The notes: generated by a model not told the origin, from the letters alone. A DNA stretch of 64,000 nucleotides from Selenomonadaceae bacterium (GCA_017446845.1 JAFSOQ010000055.1:983-64982), one strand, 5' to 3'. Positions 35,843 through 45,785 are shown, counted from the first letter of the stretch. Numbers and translations: made by a program.

Positions 35843-36475
35843 ATGATAACTTTGAAGGTCGAAGAAATTTTTTTCCGCGACATGTATCGGCAAATTTGTC
35901 TGCTGACAGATAAAGGACTTACTGCTTTGGTTAATCTTAATGACGTGTTCGATTTCCCGCCCGAAGAAAAACTCGACGGCTTTTTGACTTACGCTTACAT
36001 TGACGGCGAAACTTTTGTTTTTGAAATTTTGGCGGGCGCACAACTTACAGGCGGGCGCATGAAAATTTTTCCTGCGGGCTATAAAAAATCTGTCACGTTC
36101 AAGCGCGGGCAAGTCGATAATGCCGAGCTGAGAATTTTAACGGCGGAATATTCGATTGCCTTCCGCGATAAAATTCAAATGATTAACGACAGAGTTATCA
36201 ACGAGGCTCGCGAACAAACTCGCCTTATAAAAAATCTCGACGCGTTCCGCCACCCGTATTATCCCGACGATGTTGTTGTTTATTTTATCAATGAGGAGCG
36301 CAAGCCCGAACTTTTATGGGTGCGTTGCATGTCAGTTGATGAAAATATTTTGACGGGCGAACTTTTGAACGAGCCGAGTAAAAATTTCGGCTGTCATGCG
36401 GGCGATTTGGTAAAGTTCGGCGACGCACAGATTGGCGAACAAAATATTTTGCTTTACTTGCCGCCGACGGAGTGA
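35843..36475 (+). CDS. Hypothetical protein, C-terminal DUF2314-like region (tentative)
   Basis: The start is set at the in-frame ATG 35843 (GGAG upstream). An extended -10 promoter TGgTAAAAT lies at ~35806-35814. The longer track ORF (35318) overlaps tsaE antisense. C-terminal E.LWVRC...GELLNEP...GDLVKF pattern. Confidence 0.45.
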   Translation: MITLKVEEIFFRDMYRQICLLTDKGLTALVNLNDVFDFPPEEKLDGFLTYAYIDGETFVFEILAGAQLTGGRMKIFPAGYKKSVTFKRGQVDNAELRILTAEYSIAFRDKIQMINDRVINEAREQTRLIKNLDAFRHPYYPDDVVVYFINEERKPELLWVRCMSVDENILTGELLNEPSKNFGCHAGDLVKFGDAQIGEQNILLYLPPTE

Positions 36476-36637
36476 GTCTTCTCTTTTCAAAGTGTGGACT
36501 GCGCAGAATCCGTTCCGGTTTGATAAGATTCATTATCCTAAAATAAATATATCCTATGTTGCAGGAAATACCTTTGACGCAACGAATATTTTTTTGCGAA
36601 ATAATTTGCAGGTTTTTTTTAGGAGAGGTGGATTTTT

Positions 36638-37978
36638 ATGGAGATGCTCTTGGGATTTCTGGTGCTGCTGGCGTGTTTACTCGTCGGCGTGCGCCACGGC
36701 GGTATCGGGCTGGCCGTCATAAGCGGTATTGGTCTCGTAGTTTTTACATTCGTATTCGGCTACAAGCCCGGCACTCCGCCTATCGATGTTATGTTGACGA
36801 TTTTGGCGGTCGTCACCTGCGCGGGCTTTCTGCAAACTTCGGGCGGCTTAACAGTCATGCTCAAGTACGCGGAAAAATTTCTGCGCAACAATCCAAAGCA
36901 CGTCACAATCCTCGCGCCGCTGACGACGTGGTTTTTAACGGTCTTGTGCGGCACGGGTCACGTTGTCTACACAATGTTCCCGATTATCTACGACATAGCG
37001 ATTAAACAAAATATCCGCCCCGAACGTCCCATGGCAGTTGCGTCGGTTGCCTCGCAGATGGGTATTTGCGCATCGCCCGTTTCGGTCGCTATCGTCTCAA
37101 TCGTCGGTTTCATGGCCTCGGCGGGTCACAATTATTCCGTCCTCCAACTTTTGGCGGTCGCAATGCCCGCAACAGGTCTCGGAGTCTTATTCGCGGCACT
37201 GTGGAGTTATCGTCGCGGTAAAGACCTCGACAAGGACGAACGTTTCCAAGAATTTATCAAAGACCCCGAAAACAAAGCTTATGTCTACGGCGAATCCGAA
37301 TCGCTTATGGACAAAGAACTTCCGCAAAGTTTTTATCATGCAATGTATATTTTCTTCCTCGGCATCATCGTTATTGCTATCCTCGGCAACTTCTCCGAGC
37401 TTCTCCCGCACTTCCCCAACGCTAAAGGTGACCTTAAACCGATTTCAATGACTGCCGTTATCCAGATGGTTATGTTGCTCGTCGCTGCGGCTATTCTTTT
37501 TGTCTGCAAAGTCAAGGCAAAAGACGTCGGCAACAGCCAAGTTTTTAAATCGGGTATTGTCGCATTGGTTTCGGTTTACGGCGTCGCGTGGATGGCAAAT
37601 ACTTTCTTCAGCGCGCACATGGCATTTTTGAAAGATTTCCTCGGCAATGCCGTCGCAACTTATCCTTGGGCTTTTGCAATTATCGCCTTCCTGACTTCAA
37701 AGCTTGTCAACTCGCAGGCGGCGGCTATCGCCATCGTCTTCCCAATGGCTTTGAGTGTCGGCATGGACCCCGTTATCATAATGTCGTTTATCAGCGCGTG
37801 CTACGGTTATTTCTTCCTTCCGACTTATCCTTCCGACCTTGCCTGTATCGGTTTTGACCGTTCGGGCACCACGCGTATCGGCAAATACATTTTGAACCAT
37901 TCGTTCATGATTCCGGGTCTTATCGGCGTCATTAGCGGTTGCTGTGTCGGTTTCGTCATGGCGCACATCGTTCTTTAA
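36638..37978 (+). CDS. Anaerobic C4-dicarboxylate transporter (DcuA/DcuB family)
   Basis: 446 aa, polytopic. The N-terminus LLVGVRHGGIGLAVISGIGLVVF..GYKPG.PPIDVML is typical of the Dcu family. Confidence 0.85.
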   Translation: MEMLLGFLVLLACLLVGVRHGGIGLAVISGIGLVVFTFVFGYKPGTPPIDVMLTILAVVTCAGFLQTSGGLTVMLKYAEKFLRNNPKHVTILAPLTTWFLTVLCGTGHVVYTMFPIIYDIAIKQNIRPERPMAVASVASQMGICASPVSVAIVSIVGFMASAGHNYSVLQLLAVAMPATGLGVLFAALWSYRRGKDLDKDERFQEFIKDPENKAYVYGESESLMDKELPQSFYHAMYIFFLGIIVIAILGNFSELLPHFPNAKGDLKPISMTAVIQMVMLLVAAAILFVCKVKAKDVGNSQVFKSGIVALVSVYGVAWMANTFFSAHMAFLKDFLGNAVATYPWAFAIIAFLTSKLVNSQAAAIAIVFPMALSVGMDPVIIMSFISACYGYFFLPTYPSDLACIGFDRSGTTRIGKYILNHSFMIPGLIGVISGCCVGFVMAHIVL

Positions 37979-38029
37979 GGGACAAAGGACAAGGAACATG
38001 GGAACCGGTTCAATTCATAATTCCTAACT
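37979..38029. repeat. Degenerate heptad tract (GGACAAA GGACAAG GAACATG GGAACCG ...TCCTAAC)
   Basis: Read directly after the dcu stop. 7-nt periodicity with related units. Confidence 0.45.
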
Positions 38030-38030
38030 A

Positions 38031-38066
38031 AAAAGACGGGCTTAAAATTTTAGGCTCGTCTTTTTT
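38031..38066 (+). terminator. Rho-independent terminator after the dcu gene
   Basis: AGACGGGCTTAAAA pairs with TTTTAGGCTCGTCT (two G:U pairs), followed by a T-run at 38061-38066. Confidence 0.7.
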
Positions 38067-38105
38067 AATTTAGTTGTGCAGTTTAGCAAAAAAATTTTCC
38101 GAAAT

Positions 38106-39170
38106 CTATACGTTGCTTAGACGATTTTGTTGCACGTCCGACAAAAATTTTTTTGCGGCGTCGAGAACTTGAGCGGGCGTGACATTTTGTAAGCAGGCGG
38201 GTTTCGGATAAGTCGGACACTGCTCGGCTTTGAAAGTGCACGGACAACACGACTCGCGGCTTGTAAGGACGACGGCATTTTTATTAATCGGGTGCCAGCG
38301 GTCGGGACTCGTGCAACCGTACATTGTAATCATTTTAACGCCGGTCGTCGCGGCAATGTGCGTTGCGCCCGTGTCCACCGTTATGAATAAATCTGCGCGG
38401 CGAAAAAGTTCAGCCAAGTCAGTCAGCGAAGTTTCGCCGCAAAAATTTTCAACGCCGCCGCCAATCTCTTTTATGACTTCATCGGCGTAATCTTTATCAT
38501 TTGGCGCACCGACGATAAAAAATGCCGCGTCGAAACTTTTTTTAAGCTCGCGAACGACTTCGGCAAAATATTCCTTGCTCCAAGTTTTCAGCGGAAAAGT
38601 TCCCTTGACACACAACGCGATTTTAAATTCGGCTTTCGGAAGGCGGGCAAGCAATTTATCGGCGACGGGAGAATTTTTTTTCGGAAAGACCGGTTCGGCG
38701 TGACCTTCAATCTTAAAAAATTTTCGGACGATTTCTTGATAAGTCTCGGCTTGCAATGTTTGATTGAGGTCGTGAGAAATTTCCACAACATCGGTATAAA
38801 ACAAAGTCACGCGGCTTTTGTTATCGTCAAAAACTTTAGACGGTCCGACGCGGCACGGTATCCTTGCCAAAAAAGTTATCAGCGCGGGACGTAATTTCCT
38901 GTCGAATGAAATTGCCAAGTCAAAATTTCTCCGCCGAATCTCCTTAACGAGTTCGCGCATCTTTTGAAAAGAATTTTCCTTAGCTTTGTAATCCAAAACA
39001 ATCACATCGTCGACAACGGGATTGTCAATGACGGCGTCCTTAACGACGGGTTTAACGAGCATTGTAATTTTTGTATCGGGGAAATTTTTTTTGATGAGTG
39101 CAAGCGCGGAAGTCGTCAACACCACGTCGCCGAGATTAACCAGAGCATTGACCAAAATATTTTTAAACAT
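38106..39170 (-). CDS. Glycosyltransferase family 9 (LPS heptosyltransferase-like)
   Basis: NILVNALVNLGDVVLTTSALALIK, VDTGATHIAAT and the overall GT9 layout. Confidence 0.8.
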   Translation of the reverse strand: MFKNILVNALVNLGDVVLTTSALALIKKNFPDTKITMLVKPVVKDAVIDNPVVDDVIVLDYKAKENSFQKMRELVKEIRRRNFDLAISFDRKLRPALITFLARIPCRVGPSKVFDDNKSRVTLFYTDVVEISHDLNQTLQAETYQEIVRKFFKIEGHAEPVFPKKNSPVADKLLARLPKAEFKIALCVKGTFPLKTWSKEYFAEVVRELKKSFDAAFFIVGAPNDKDYADEVIKEIGGGVENFCGETSLTDLAELFRRADLFITVDTGATHIAATTGVKMITMYGCTSPDRWHPINKNAVVLTSRESCCPCTFKAEQCPTYPKPACLQNVTPAQVLDAAKKFLSDVQQNRLSNV

Positions 39171-39948
39171 TGTCCGCCTCCGTCACATGAACATTTTCTT
39201 TGCCGTAGTAGTAAAGCTTGACGTATTTTGCCATCGTGTAGAAATAATGGAAGCCCGCCAACACAAAACCGATTTTTCCGTCGAGGAAACCGCCGCGTAA
39301 AAAATACATGCGGAAACTCGCCCAAAGCGGGTGCAAAATCATATCCAAAATATTCGCCGACTTGCCTTGCTCGTGAGCTTTTTTGGCGGCAAGCGTCGTG
39401 TACATGTTCAGCTTGTTGAAATAATGATTCCAATCGCGATAAGGATAGTGGACGAGGTACGCCGATTCGGGAAAATCTTTTTCTTGGCAAGTGTGATGAA
39501 TTTGCGGGTGAACAAAGCCGGTAACGTAACTGCCCGCCGTCGGAAAAAGCCGCGTGACATAATCGGGGAACCAGCCGCCGTGTCGGAGCGGTTGTCCCCA
39601 AAAATAACTCAGCCGCGCCGTCCGCCAAGCAAAATTTTTATCGTCGCCCGCAAGAATTTTTTTTATCTCGGCGGAAAGAGCGGGCGTGGAGCGTTCGTCA
39701 GCATCGATAAAAAAAATCCAGTCAAACTTTGCCTGCTTGATTGCAAAAGTTTGTTGTCCGCCCCAATCGCCGTTCAGCCCGTGTTGAATCACTCGCGCAC
39801 CTAACTCGGCAGAAATTTTCGCGGTCGCGTCGCTGCTGAAGTCGTCGATAACAACAATTTCGTCCGCGAAGTCCTTAACGCTTTTTATACATGCGGCGAT
39901 AAATTTTTCTTCGTTCTTCGCCAAAATCAGCACGGATACTTTAGCCAC
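39163..39948 (-). CDS. Glycosyltransferase family 2
   Basis: VSVLILAKNEEKFIAACIKSV...VVIDDFSSDAT...IDADE. The start is set at in-frame GTG 39948 (GGTGGTGA upstream). The track ORF extends upstream over the neighbouring small gene. Confidence 0.75.
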   Translation of the reverse strand: MAKVSVLILAKNEEKFIAACIKSVKDFADEIVVIDDFSSDATAKISAELGARVIQHGLNGDWGGQQTFAIKQAKFDWIFFIDADERSTPALSAEIKKILAGDDKNFAWRTARLSYFWGQPLRHGGWFPDYVTRLFPTAGSYVTGFVHPQIHHTCQEKDFPESAYLVHYPYRDWNHYFNKLNMYTTLAAKKAHEQGKSANILDMILHPLWASFRMYFLRGGFLDGKIGFVLAGFHYFYTMAKYVKLYYYGKENVHVTEADNV

Positions 39949-39952
39949 AGTT

Positions 39953-40153
39953 TCACCACCACGACTTCCACAGTTTATCCAAAACTTTATTACGCCTGTG
40001 CATTTTATGCTTGGGCTTGGGCAACGAGCAGATTCGATTAATATTTGCCAATGTCTCTTCGTAATCGCGTTTTCGTTCGTCGCTGTTGTACCACGCCGCA
40101 AACTCGGAATCATTTTTCAGCAGTTCGTTCTTGTATTCGTCGAAGGTTTTCAT
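39953..40153 (-). CDS. Small hypothetical protein (66 aa)
   Basis: ATG 40153 with GAGGA 7 nt upstream: MKTFDEYKNELLKNDSEFAAWYNSDERKRDYEETLANI... It is packed between the GT1 and GT2 genes. Confidence 0.4.
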   Translation of the reverse strand: MKTFDEYKNELLKNDSEFAAWYNSDERKRDYEETLANINRICSLPKPKHKMHRRNKVLDKLWKSWW

Positions 40154-40183
40154 TCTGCATTCCTCACATACCATTTGAGAATT

Positions 40184-41320
40184 TCAATCTTTGATGATTT
40201 TTTCGAGCCGCTTGGCAAAATTCACGGGCGAAAAATCTTCACCCGCCGCCTTGAGATTTTTTGAGTACGTCGAGAAATTTTTATCGAAGTCATTTATAAA
40301 AGTCTCCAGCACGCGGGCGAGGTCGTCAAGGTTGCCGCTTTGGAAAGTTTCGCCGACGCGGTACAGGTCAAAAACTTCGGGGTTCATGTCGTCACTTGCC
40401 ACGACGGGTTTGCCGAATCCTATCGCCGTGAAAAGCATTCCGCCCCAATGATATTTATAACGCGGCGCAGAATACGGCATCAACAGCGCGTCGACGTTCA
40501 AAATAGCTTGCTGCCACTCCGTACCGATTAAGCCCTTATGCAAAAAGCTCAAGCCGTCAACGTCTTTATATTGCCGAATAATTTTTTCAAAGTCCTCAGA
40601 GTCTTCCGCGTGCATCGTCGAGCCTTGAACTTGCAATTCAACCTTGCGCGTGTAATTTCCCTTAAGATAAACTTCCAACAGCCCGCGCAGATTTTTTTCA
40701 CGTCGATATTGCCCAAAAAATCCGACCTTCAAAACTTCGCCCGCCGCAGAAATTTTCGGCTCAACTTTCAAATCACGGGCGGTATAAGTCGGCGGATAAA
40801 TCGTAAAAATATTTTCGCGCCGCTCGCCAAAAATATTGTCGGTGAACGTCAACACAACGGGCTTGATATTTTTGTTTGCAGAGAGTTTATCAGCCGCCGC
40901 CAAAAATTTCGGAGCCTCGGCGGGATTTATTCCGTGCAAAATAAAAATCAGCGGCACGGAAATTTTTTTCAACGCGCTGTGATTCAATGCCCTCAAATAT
41001 CTGTAAGTTGACGTCGGGATTATCAACGCGTCGAAATTTTTTTGCGCGTCGAAAAGTTGGCTGTACCAACGCTGACGATTAATTTCACGCTTTGCCGCCG
41101 CCAAAAGTTTTTTCAGTCCGCGCGAGTTCGTATAAGTCACGGCGTCGCCTTTGAGACGCTTGACGGGCGTTTGATAATCGAATTGGAACGAAAAATTTTC
41201 GGGGACGTAAAATTCTACCTCGTGACCGAGTCCGCGAAATTCTTCAACCAAAATCCTGTCGAATTCGACTTCGTGACCTCCGGGCGTCATTATATTTTCA
41301 AATATCGCAAGTTTCAACAT
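40184..41320 (-). CDS. Glycosyltransferase family 1/4 (GT-B)
   Basis: The start is set at ATG 41320 (AGGAGA upstream). C-terminal ...LLMPYSAPRYKYHWGGMLFTAIGFGKPVVASD is the GT-B sugar-donor region. Confidence 0.7.
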   Translation of the reverse strand: MLKLAIFENIMTPGGHEVEFDRILVEEFRGLGHEVEFYVPENFSFQFDYQTPVKRLKGDAVTYTNSRGLKKLLAAAKREINRQRWYSQLFDAQKNFDALIIPTSTYRYLRALNHSALKKISVPLIFILHGINPAEAPKFLAAADKLSANKNIKPVVLTFTDNIFGERRENIFTIYPPTYTARDLKVEPKISAAGEVLKVGFFGQYRREKNLRGLLEVYLKGNYTRKVELQVQGSTMHAEDSEDFEKIIRQYKDVDGLSFLHKGLIGTEWQQAILNVDALLMPYSAPRYKYHWGGMLFTAIGFGKPVVASDDMNPEVFDLYRVGETFQSGNLDDLARVLETFINDFDKNFSTYSKNLKAAGEDFSPVNFAKRLEKIIKD

Positions 41321-41348
41321 CGTTGTCTCCTGTCGGAGAGCTTTAAGC

Positions 41349-42257
41349 TTAAAGTTTAAAGCCTCGTAAAGTTTTTTCAATCGCCGCGTCCAATTCGTCA
41401 AGCAATGCAAATCGCCGCCGATATTGTGCGCGTTTATGCGTCGGAATCTCTTCAAAAGTTTTGCGCGTCTCCGTCAAAGGAAGTTCGTAAAATCTCGCGT
41501 CGTCCGTCGGAGTGCCGCCCGCTTCTTTCCAAAAATCGCTGAACGAAGTTTTCAACTTCCTGTCGCTGCGCATGTGATTGTTTGCGTAGTAGCCTTCGTT
41601 CGTGACGGCAAAAATTTTTTTCACGCCGAAATTTCTCGCAACCGCCTGCGCGGCGTACAAAATTAAATTTTTCGTGCGGTAGGCGTGGCACTTTTTAGTT
41701 ATGCGCTTGACCAAATCTTTTGCGTCGTTGACGTTGGGACCTTGCATCGCGCCAATCCACATCGCCCAATCATCGTCACGAGTTCGCGCTATCCAAAACA
41801 AAATCTGATAAACGGGCACTTCGCCGGGCAAATCGAACATGACCGCCGCCAATCCTTCCTTACGTTGACCCGGCTCCGCACACAAAACCAAATTCATTTC
41901 GCCGAGAGTTTCATCAAGCGGCATTCGCCACAGCTCAATTTTTTTGTCGCCGTAAAGTTTCAACATGAAATCTTCGTTGAATCGCTCCGATAAAAATTTC
42001 ATGTTGTCTTCGATAATTCGCGCCCGCTCCTCGAACGTCGACCGATAATAAAAAAATGCCCGCGTCGCCTGTTCGTAGACAAAAGGATAACCTTCCGCAA
42101 CTTTAGATAAAAGTTCCGATTGCTTAAAAAATTTTTCCAGATGATTCATGCGTTGCGGGTGCAGACAACATCTCGCCACGAACACTGCAAATCGGTGCGC
42201 CTCGCGCGGATTGTTTAAGTCGTAAATTTTTTTTCCAAGTTCAATAAAGTTGCTCAT
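41349..42257 (-). CDS. VirK/YbjX (DUF535) family protein
   Basis: HPQRMNHLEKFF, EGLAAVMFDL, IGAMQGPN...ITKKCHAYRTKNLILYAAQAVARNFGVKKIFAVTNE are characteristic of DUF535. Confidence 0.75.
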   Translation of the reverse strand: MSNFIELGKKIYDLNNPREAHRFAVFVARCCLHPQRMNHLEKFFKQSELLSKVAEGYPFVYEQATRAFFYYRSTFEERARIIEDNMKFLSERFNEDFMLKLYGDKKIELWRMPLDETLGEMNLVLCAEPGQRKEGLAAVMFDLPGEVPVYQILFWIARTRDDDWAMWIGAMQGPNVNDAKDLVKRITKKCHAYRTKNLILYAAQAVARNFGVKKIFAVTNEGYYANNHMRSDRKLKTSFSDFWKEAGGTPTDDARFYELPLTETRKTFEEIPTHKRAQYRRRFALLDELDAAIEKTLRGFKL

Positions 42258-42311
42258 AATCTTTCTCCTGCGAGGTGATTATAAATTTTCTCGCGTCAAA
42301 TATCAATGCGC

Positions 42312-42500
42312 TCAAATATCTTGCGCCAGTGAAATTAAATTGTCGTATTGAGAAGAAGATAACAAGCCCGCTTCGTAATCCCGTTGAATATCTTCTTGCA
42401 AGTCGTCAAGATTTATTTCGTTGTCTTCGCCCTGATAAATTCGCGATAAAATATCTCGGTATTGAAAAAATTTTCCTGACGAAATGTGATTATCATACAT
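42312..42500 (-). CDS. Small acidic hypothetical protein (62 aa)
   Basis: GGAGGA lies 8 nt upstream of the ATG. No recognisable domain. Confidence 0.4.
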   Translation of the reverse strand: MYDNHISSGKFFQYRDILSRIYQGEDNEINLDDLQEDIQRDYEAGLLSSSQYDNLISLAQDI

Positions 42501-42564
42501 AAAAATTTTCCTCCAAAGTTGTTTAAATGTCGGGCGGCTAATTATAGCATAAACAAAATTAAAA

Positions 42565-42593
42565 TTGCATTGCCCCTGCCGATTTGATAAAAT
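42565..42593 (+). promoter_or_regulatory. Sigma-70 promoter with extended -10 for rnj
   Basis: TTGCAT (42565-42570), 17-nt spacer, TGaTAAAAT (-10 at 42588-42593). Confidence 0.6.
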
Positions 42594-42623
42594 TACTTTT
42601 AAGCGTTGAGAGTTCGGATAAAA

Positions 42624-42696
42624 GTGGTTAGTGATTAGTGGTTAGTGATTAGGGATTTTTCCCTAACTCCCAAATCCTAACTCCTAAATCCTAAAA
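42624..42696 (+). repeat. Heptad-repeat hairpin in the rnj leader: (TGRTTAG)x4 facing (CTCCYAA/ATCCTAA)x5 around the TTAGGGA-ttttt-CCCTAA tip
   Basis: Read directly. The arms are roughly complementary, with about one mismatch per heptad. The SD GGGAGGAG follows at ~42699-42706. Confidence 0.75.
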
Positions 42697-42713
42697 AAGG
42701 GAGGAGATTATAT

Positions 42714-44387
42714 TTGAGAATTGACCAAAGAGGCGATAACAAATTAAAAATTATTCCGCTGGGCGGGCTTGGTGAAATCGGAAAAAATATGACAATAATT
42801 CGCTACGGCGACGAAATGATTATGATTGACGCGGGATTGATGTTCCCCGAAAATGATATGCTCGGAATCGATTTGGTTATCCCCGACATTTCCTACGTTT
42901 TGGAAAATAAAAATTGCTTGAAGGCAATTATTCTAACCCACGGTCACGAAGATCATATCGGCGCATTGCCTTACATCTTGAAAAAACTTACCGTTCCCGT
43001 TTACGGCACGAAACTTACGCTCGGAATTTTATCGGGACGATTAAAAGAAGACGGCGTCGAGTGCAGAAATTTGCGTTCGGTATCGAGCGGAGAAATTGTC
43101 ATGATTGGTTGTTTCAGCGTCGGATTTATTCGCGTGAATCATTCAATCCCCGATTCGGTCGGCTTGTCGATTAAAACGCCCGTCGGCATGATTGTTCACA
43201 CGGGCGACTTTAAATTGGACTACACGCCGATTGATGGCAAAATGACTGACTTCCGTCGCTTTGCAGACTTGGGCGCGCGGGGCGTCCTGCTTTTAATGGC
43301 TGATTCGACAAATTCCGAAAAGGAAGGTCACACGCCCAGCGAACGGACTGTCGGAGCGGCATTCAATCGAGTTTTCCAAAATGCAAACGGAAGAATAATC
43401 GTCGCAACTTTTTCGTCGAACGTGCACAGGATTCAACAGGCGATTGATACGGCAATTCGCTATCGTCGACGCGTGGCGATTTTGGGTCGCAGCATGGTAA
43501 ACGTCGTCACCACTTCCTTGGAGCTTGGCTATCTTCACGCGCCCGAAGGCACAATAATTGACATTGAGGACATAAGAAGTTATCCCGCGAATAAAATTGT
43601 AATCATAACGACGGGCAGCCAGGGCGAACCGATGAGCGCGTTGACGCGCATGGCTATGAGCGACCACAGGCAAGTTGACGTTATCCCCGGCGACACCGTG
43701 ATTATTTCCGCCACGCCCATTCCCGGCAATGAAAAACTCGTTGCCAAGACCGTCGACAATCTTTTACGGCTCGGAGCAAATGTCGTTCACCGCCGCGAAG
43801 AAGGTATCCACGTTTCGGGACACGCCGCCCGCGACGAGTTGCGCTTGATTCTTAATTTGATTAAGCCGAAATTTTTTATGCCCGTCCACGGCGAATTACA
43901 TCATTTATTTTCGCACGCCAAACTTGCCGAGGAAATGGGCATGAATCGCGAAAATATTTTGGTCGGCGAAAACGGAGCGGTAATTGAACTTTCTCGCGAC
44001 AGCGGAAAAATCGCGGGTCATGTCAATGCGGGCGTGATTATGGTTGACGGACTGGGTGTCGGCGACGTTGGCAATATCGTTTTGCGCGACCGCCGTCAAC
44101 TTTCCCAGGACGGAATTTTAATCGTGGTTGTGACCATGAATCGCGCTTCGGGCAGAATCGTTTCCGGTCCCGATATTGTATCGCGCGGCTTTGTCTACGT
44201 CCGCGAGTCCGAACAACTCATGGACGACGCAAGAAACAGAGTTTTCCACGTTCTCCGACGCTGCAGAGATGAACAAGTTTCCGATTGGATGACGATTAAG
44301 CTGAATATCCGCGACGCACTTGCGCAATTTCTTTTTGAACAAACTCGACGACGCCCGATGATTTTGCCGATTATCGTTGAGGTATAA
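42714..44387 (+). CDS. rnj: Ribonuclease J
   Basis: KIIPLGGLGEIGKNM, ILTHGHEDHIGALPY, beta-CASP region, HVSGHA. 557 aa. TTG start. Confidence 0.93.
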   Translation: MRIDQRGDNKLKIIPLGGLGEIGKNMTIIRYGDEMIMIDAGLMFPENDMLGIDLVIPDISYVLENKNCLKAIILTHGHEDHIGALPYILKKLTVPVYGTKLTLGILSGRLKEDGVECRNLRSVSSGEIVMIGCFSVGFIRVNHSIPDSVGLSIKTPVGMIVHTGDFKLDYTPIDGKMTDFRRFADLGARGVLLLMADSTNSEKEGHTPSERTVGAAFNRVFQNANGRIIVATFSSNVHRIQQAIDTAIRYRRRVAILGRSMVNVVTTSLELGYLHAPEGTIIDIEDIRSYPANKIVIITTGSQGEPMSALTRMAMSDHRQVDVIPGDTVIISATPIPGNEKLVAKTVDNLLRLGANVVHRREEGIHVSGHAARDELRLILNLIKPKFFMPVHGELHHLFSHAKLAEEMGMNRENILVGENGAVIELSRDSGKIAGHVNAGVIMVDGLGVGDVGNIVLRDRRQLSQDGILIVVVTMNRASGRIVSGPDIVSRGFVYVRESEQLMDDARNRVFHVLRRCRDEQVSDWMTIKLNIRDALAQFLFEQTRRRPMILPIIVEV

Positions 44388-44604
44388 AAAAATCTTCGTT
44401 CGTTTTGAACGGAGAACAGCCTGCAGACAAAAAGCACCCTCGGCTATAATTAAGTTGGGAGGTGCTTTTATATACGGCTTCAAAAAATAAAAATCTGTTC
44501 GGATATACAGCGCGTTTTTGGTAAAAAATTTTTTCCATATAATTTTGTCGTCCAAAGAATTTTTATTCGGAAGGCGGCTTTTTAAAACGGAATGGGGAAT
44601 TAAT

Positions 44605-45162
44605 ATGCGATTGATTGTCGGAATGACGGGCGCGAGCGGCGTCGTAATTGCGGTGGAACTTTTGAAGCGGCTTAAAGAAATTGATTCGGTCGAAACGCAT
44701 TTAATCATAACAGAGGGTGCGCAACTTACAATTCGTGACGAAACGGACTTTGACATTTTCGAGATTCGCAGACTTGCCGATTGCGTTTACGACGTCAATC
44801 AAATGGACGCCTCCATTGCCAGCGGCAGTTTTCTCGTCGACGGCATGATTATCGTCCCGTGCACCATGAAAACTTTGGCGGGAATTAGCGCGGGCTATTG
44901 TGAAAATCTTTTGCTCCGAGCCGCTGACGTTTGCTTGAAGGAAAATCGAAAACTTTTACTCGTGCCGCGCGAAATGCCGTTCAGTCGAATTCACTTGCGC
45001 AACATGAAAGAACTTGCCGATTGCGGCGCGATAATCATGCCGCCCGTCATGACTTTTTACAACACGCCCTCGAACTTGCAAGCGCAAATAAATCACATTG
45101 TCAATAAAATTTTGCGCCTGTTCAATCTGCCCGACGATATGCGGGAATGGCGCACGCCTTAA
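44605..45162 (+). CDS. ubiX: Flavin prenyltransferase UbiX
   Basis: MRLIVGMTGASGVVIAVELLKRL, VPCTMKTLAGI, LLLVPREMP. The start is set at ATG 44605. Confidence 0.88.
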   Translation: MRLIVGMTGASGVVIAVELLKRLKEIDSVETHLIITEGAQLTIRDETDFDIFEIRRLADCVYDVNQMDASIASGSFLVDGMIIVPCTMKTLAGISAGYCENLLLRAADVCLKENRKLLLVPREMPFSRIHLRNMKELADCGAIIMPPVMTFYNTPSNLQAQINHIVNKILRLFNLPDDMREWRTP

Positions 45163-45171
45163 AAAAATTTT

Positions 45172-45207
45172 AGCCGTAAAGTCAAATCGACCTTACGGCT
45201 GTTTTTT
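45172..45207. terminator. Bidirectional terminator between ubiX and the gpx-type gene
   Basis: AGCCGTAAG pairs with CTTACGGCT. An A-run lies upstream and GTTTTTT downstream. Confidence 0.7.
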
Positions 45208-45224
45208 ACGTGCAGAAAAATATT

Positions 45225-45770
45225 TTACAAAAGATTTTCAATGTCTTTAGCAATAGATGCGGGAGTAGTCGTCGGCTCGAAACGCGCAACAACATTTCCG
45301 TCACGGTCAATCAAAAATTTCGTGAAGTTCCATTTAATGCCGTCGCCTTCCAAATATTCGGGGAAATTTTTCTTCAAGGCGTCAAGCAATTTTGCGGCAA
45401 CGGGATGGTTCATGTCAAAGCCCTCGAACTTTTTCTGCTCGGTGAGATATTTGAACAACGGTTGAGCAGTTTCGCCGCGAACGTCGCCTTTGGCAAAAAT
45501 CGTGAACGTCACGCCGTAATTGAACTTGCAGAACTGCTGAACTTCGTCGTTGGTACCGGGTTCCTGACCTGCGAACTGATTGCAGGGGAATCCGAGAATT
45601 TCAAAGCCTTTATCCTTGTAAGTCTTGTAAAGCGTCTGCAGCTCCTCGAATTGCGGAGTAAAGCCGCATTTGCTGGCGGTGTTGACGATGAGCAAAACTT
45701 TGCCCTTGTAATCCGCCAACGATTTGTCCGCGCCGTTTTTAGTCTTAACAGTAAAATCGTAAACGCTCAT
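45225..45770 (-). CDS. Glutathione peroxidase family protein
   Basis: [32 protein letters not shown] motifs. Confidence 0.88.
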   Translation of the reverse strand: MSVYDFTVKTKNGADKSLADYKGKVLLIVNTASKCGFTPQFEELQTLYKTYKDKGFEILGFPCNQFAGQEPGTNDEVQQFCKFNYGVTFTIFAKGDVRGETAQPLFKYLTEQKKFEGFDMNHPVAAKLLDALKKNFPEYLEGDGIKWNFTKFLIDRDGNVVARFEPTTTPASIAKDIENLL

Positions 45771-45785
45771 GAAAAAACCTCCCGA

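Noticed and set aside
36476-36637. FNR/CRP-type site upstream of the dcu transporter (TTGATAAGATTCAT, TGCGAAATAATTTGCA)
   Set aside because: The half-sites deviate from TTGAT-N4-ATCAA and TGTGA-N6-TCACA at several positions. This is not better than chance in AT-rich spacer DNA.
44118-44756. 212-aa minus-strand ORF spanning the rnj-ubiX spacer
   Set aside because: It overlaps the 3' end of rnj and the 5' end of ubiX in antisense. It has no SD and the sequence is low-complexity.
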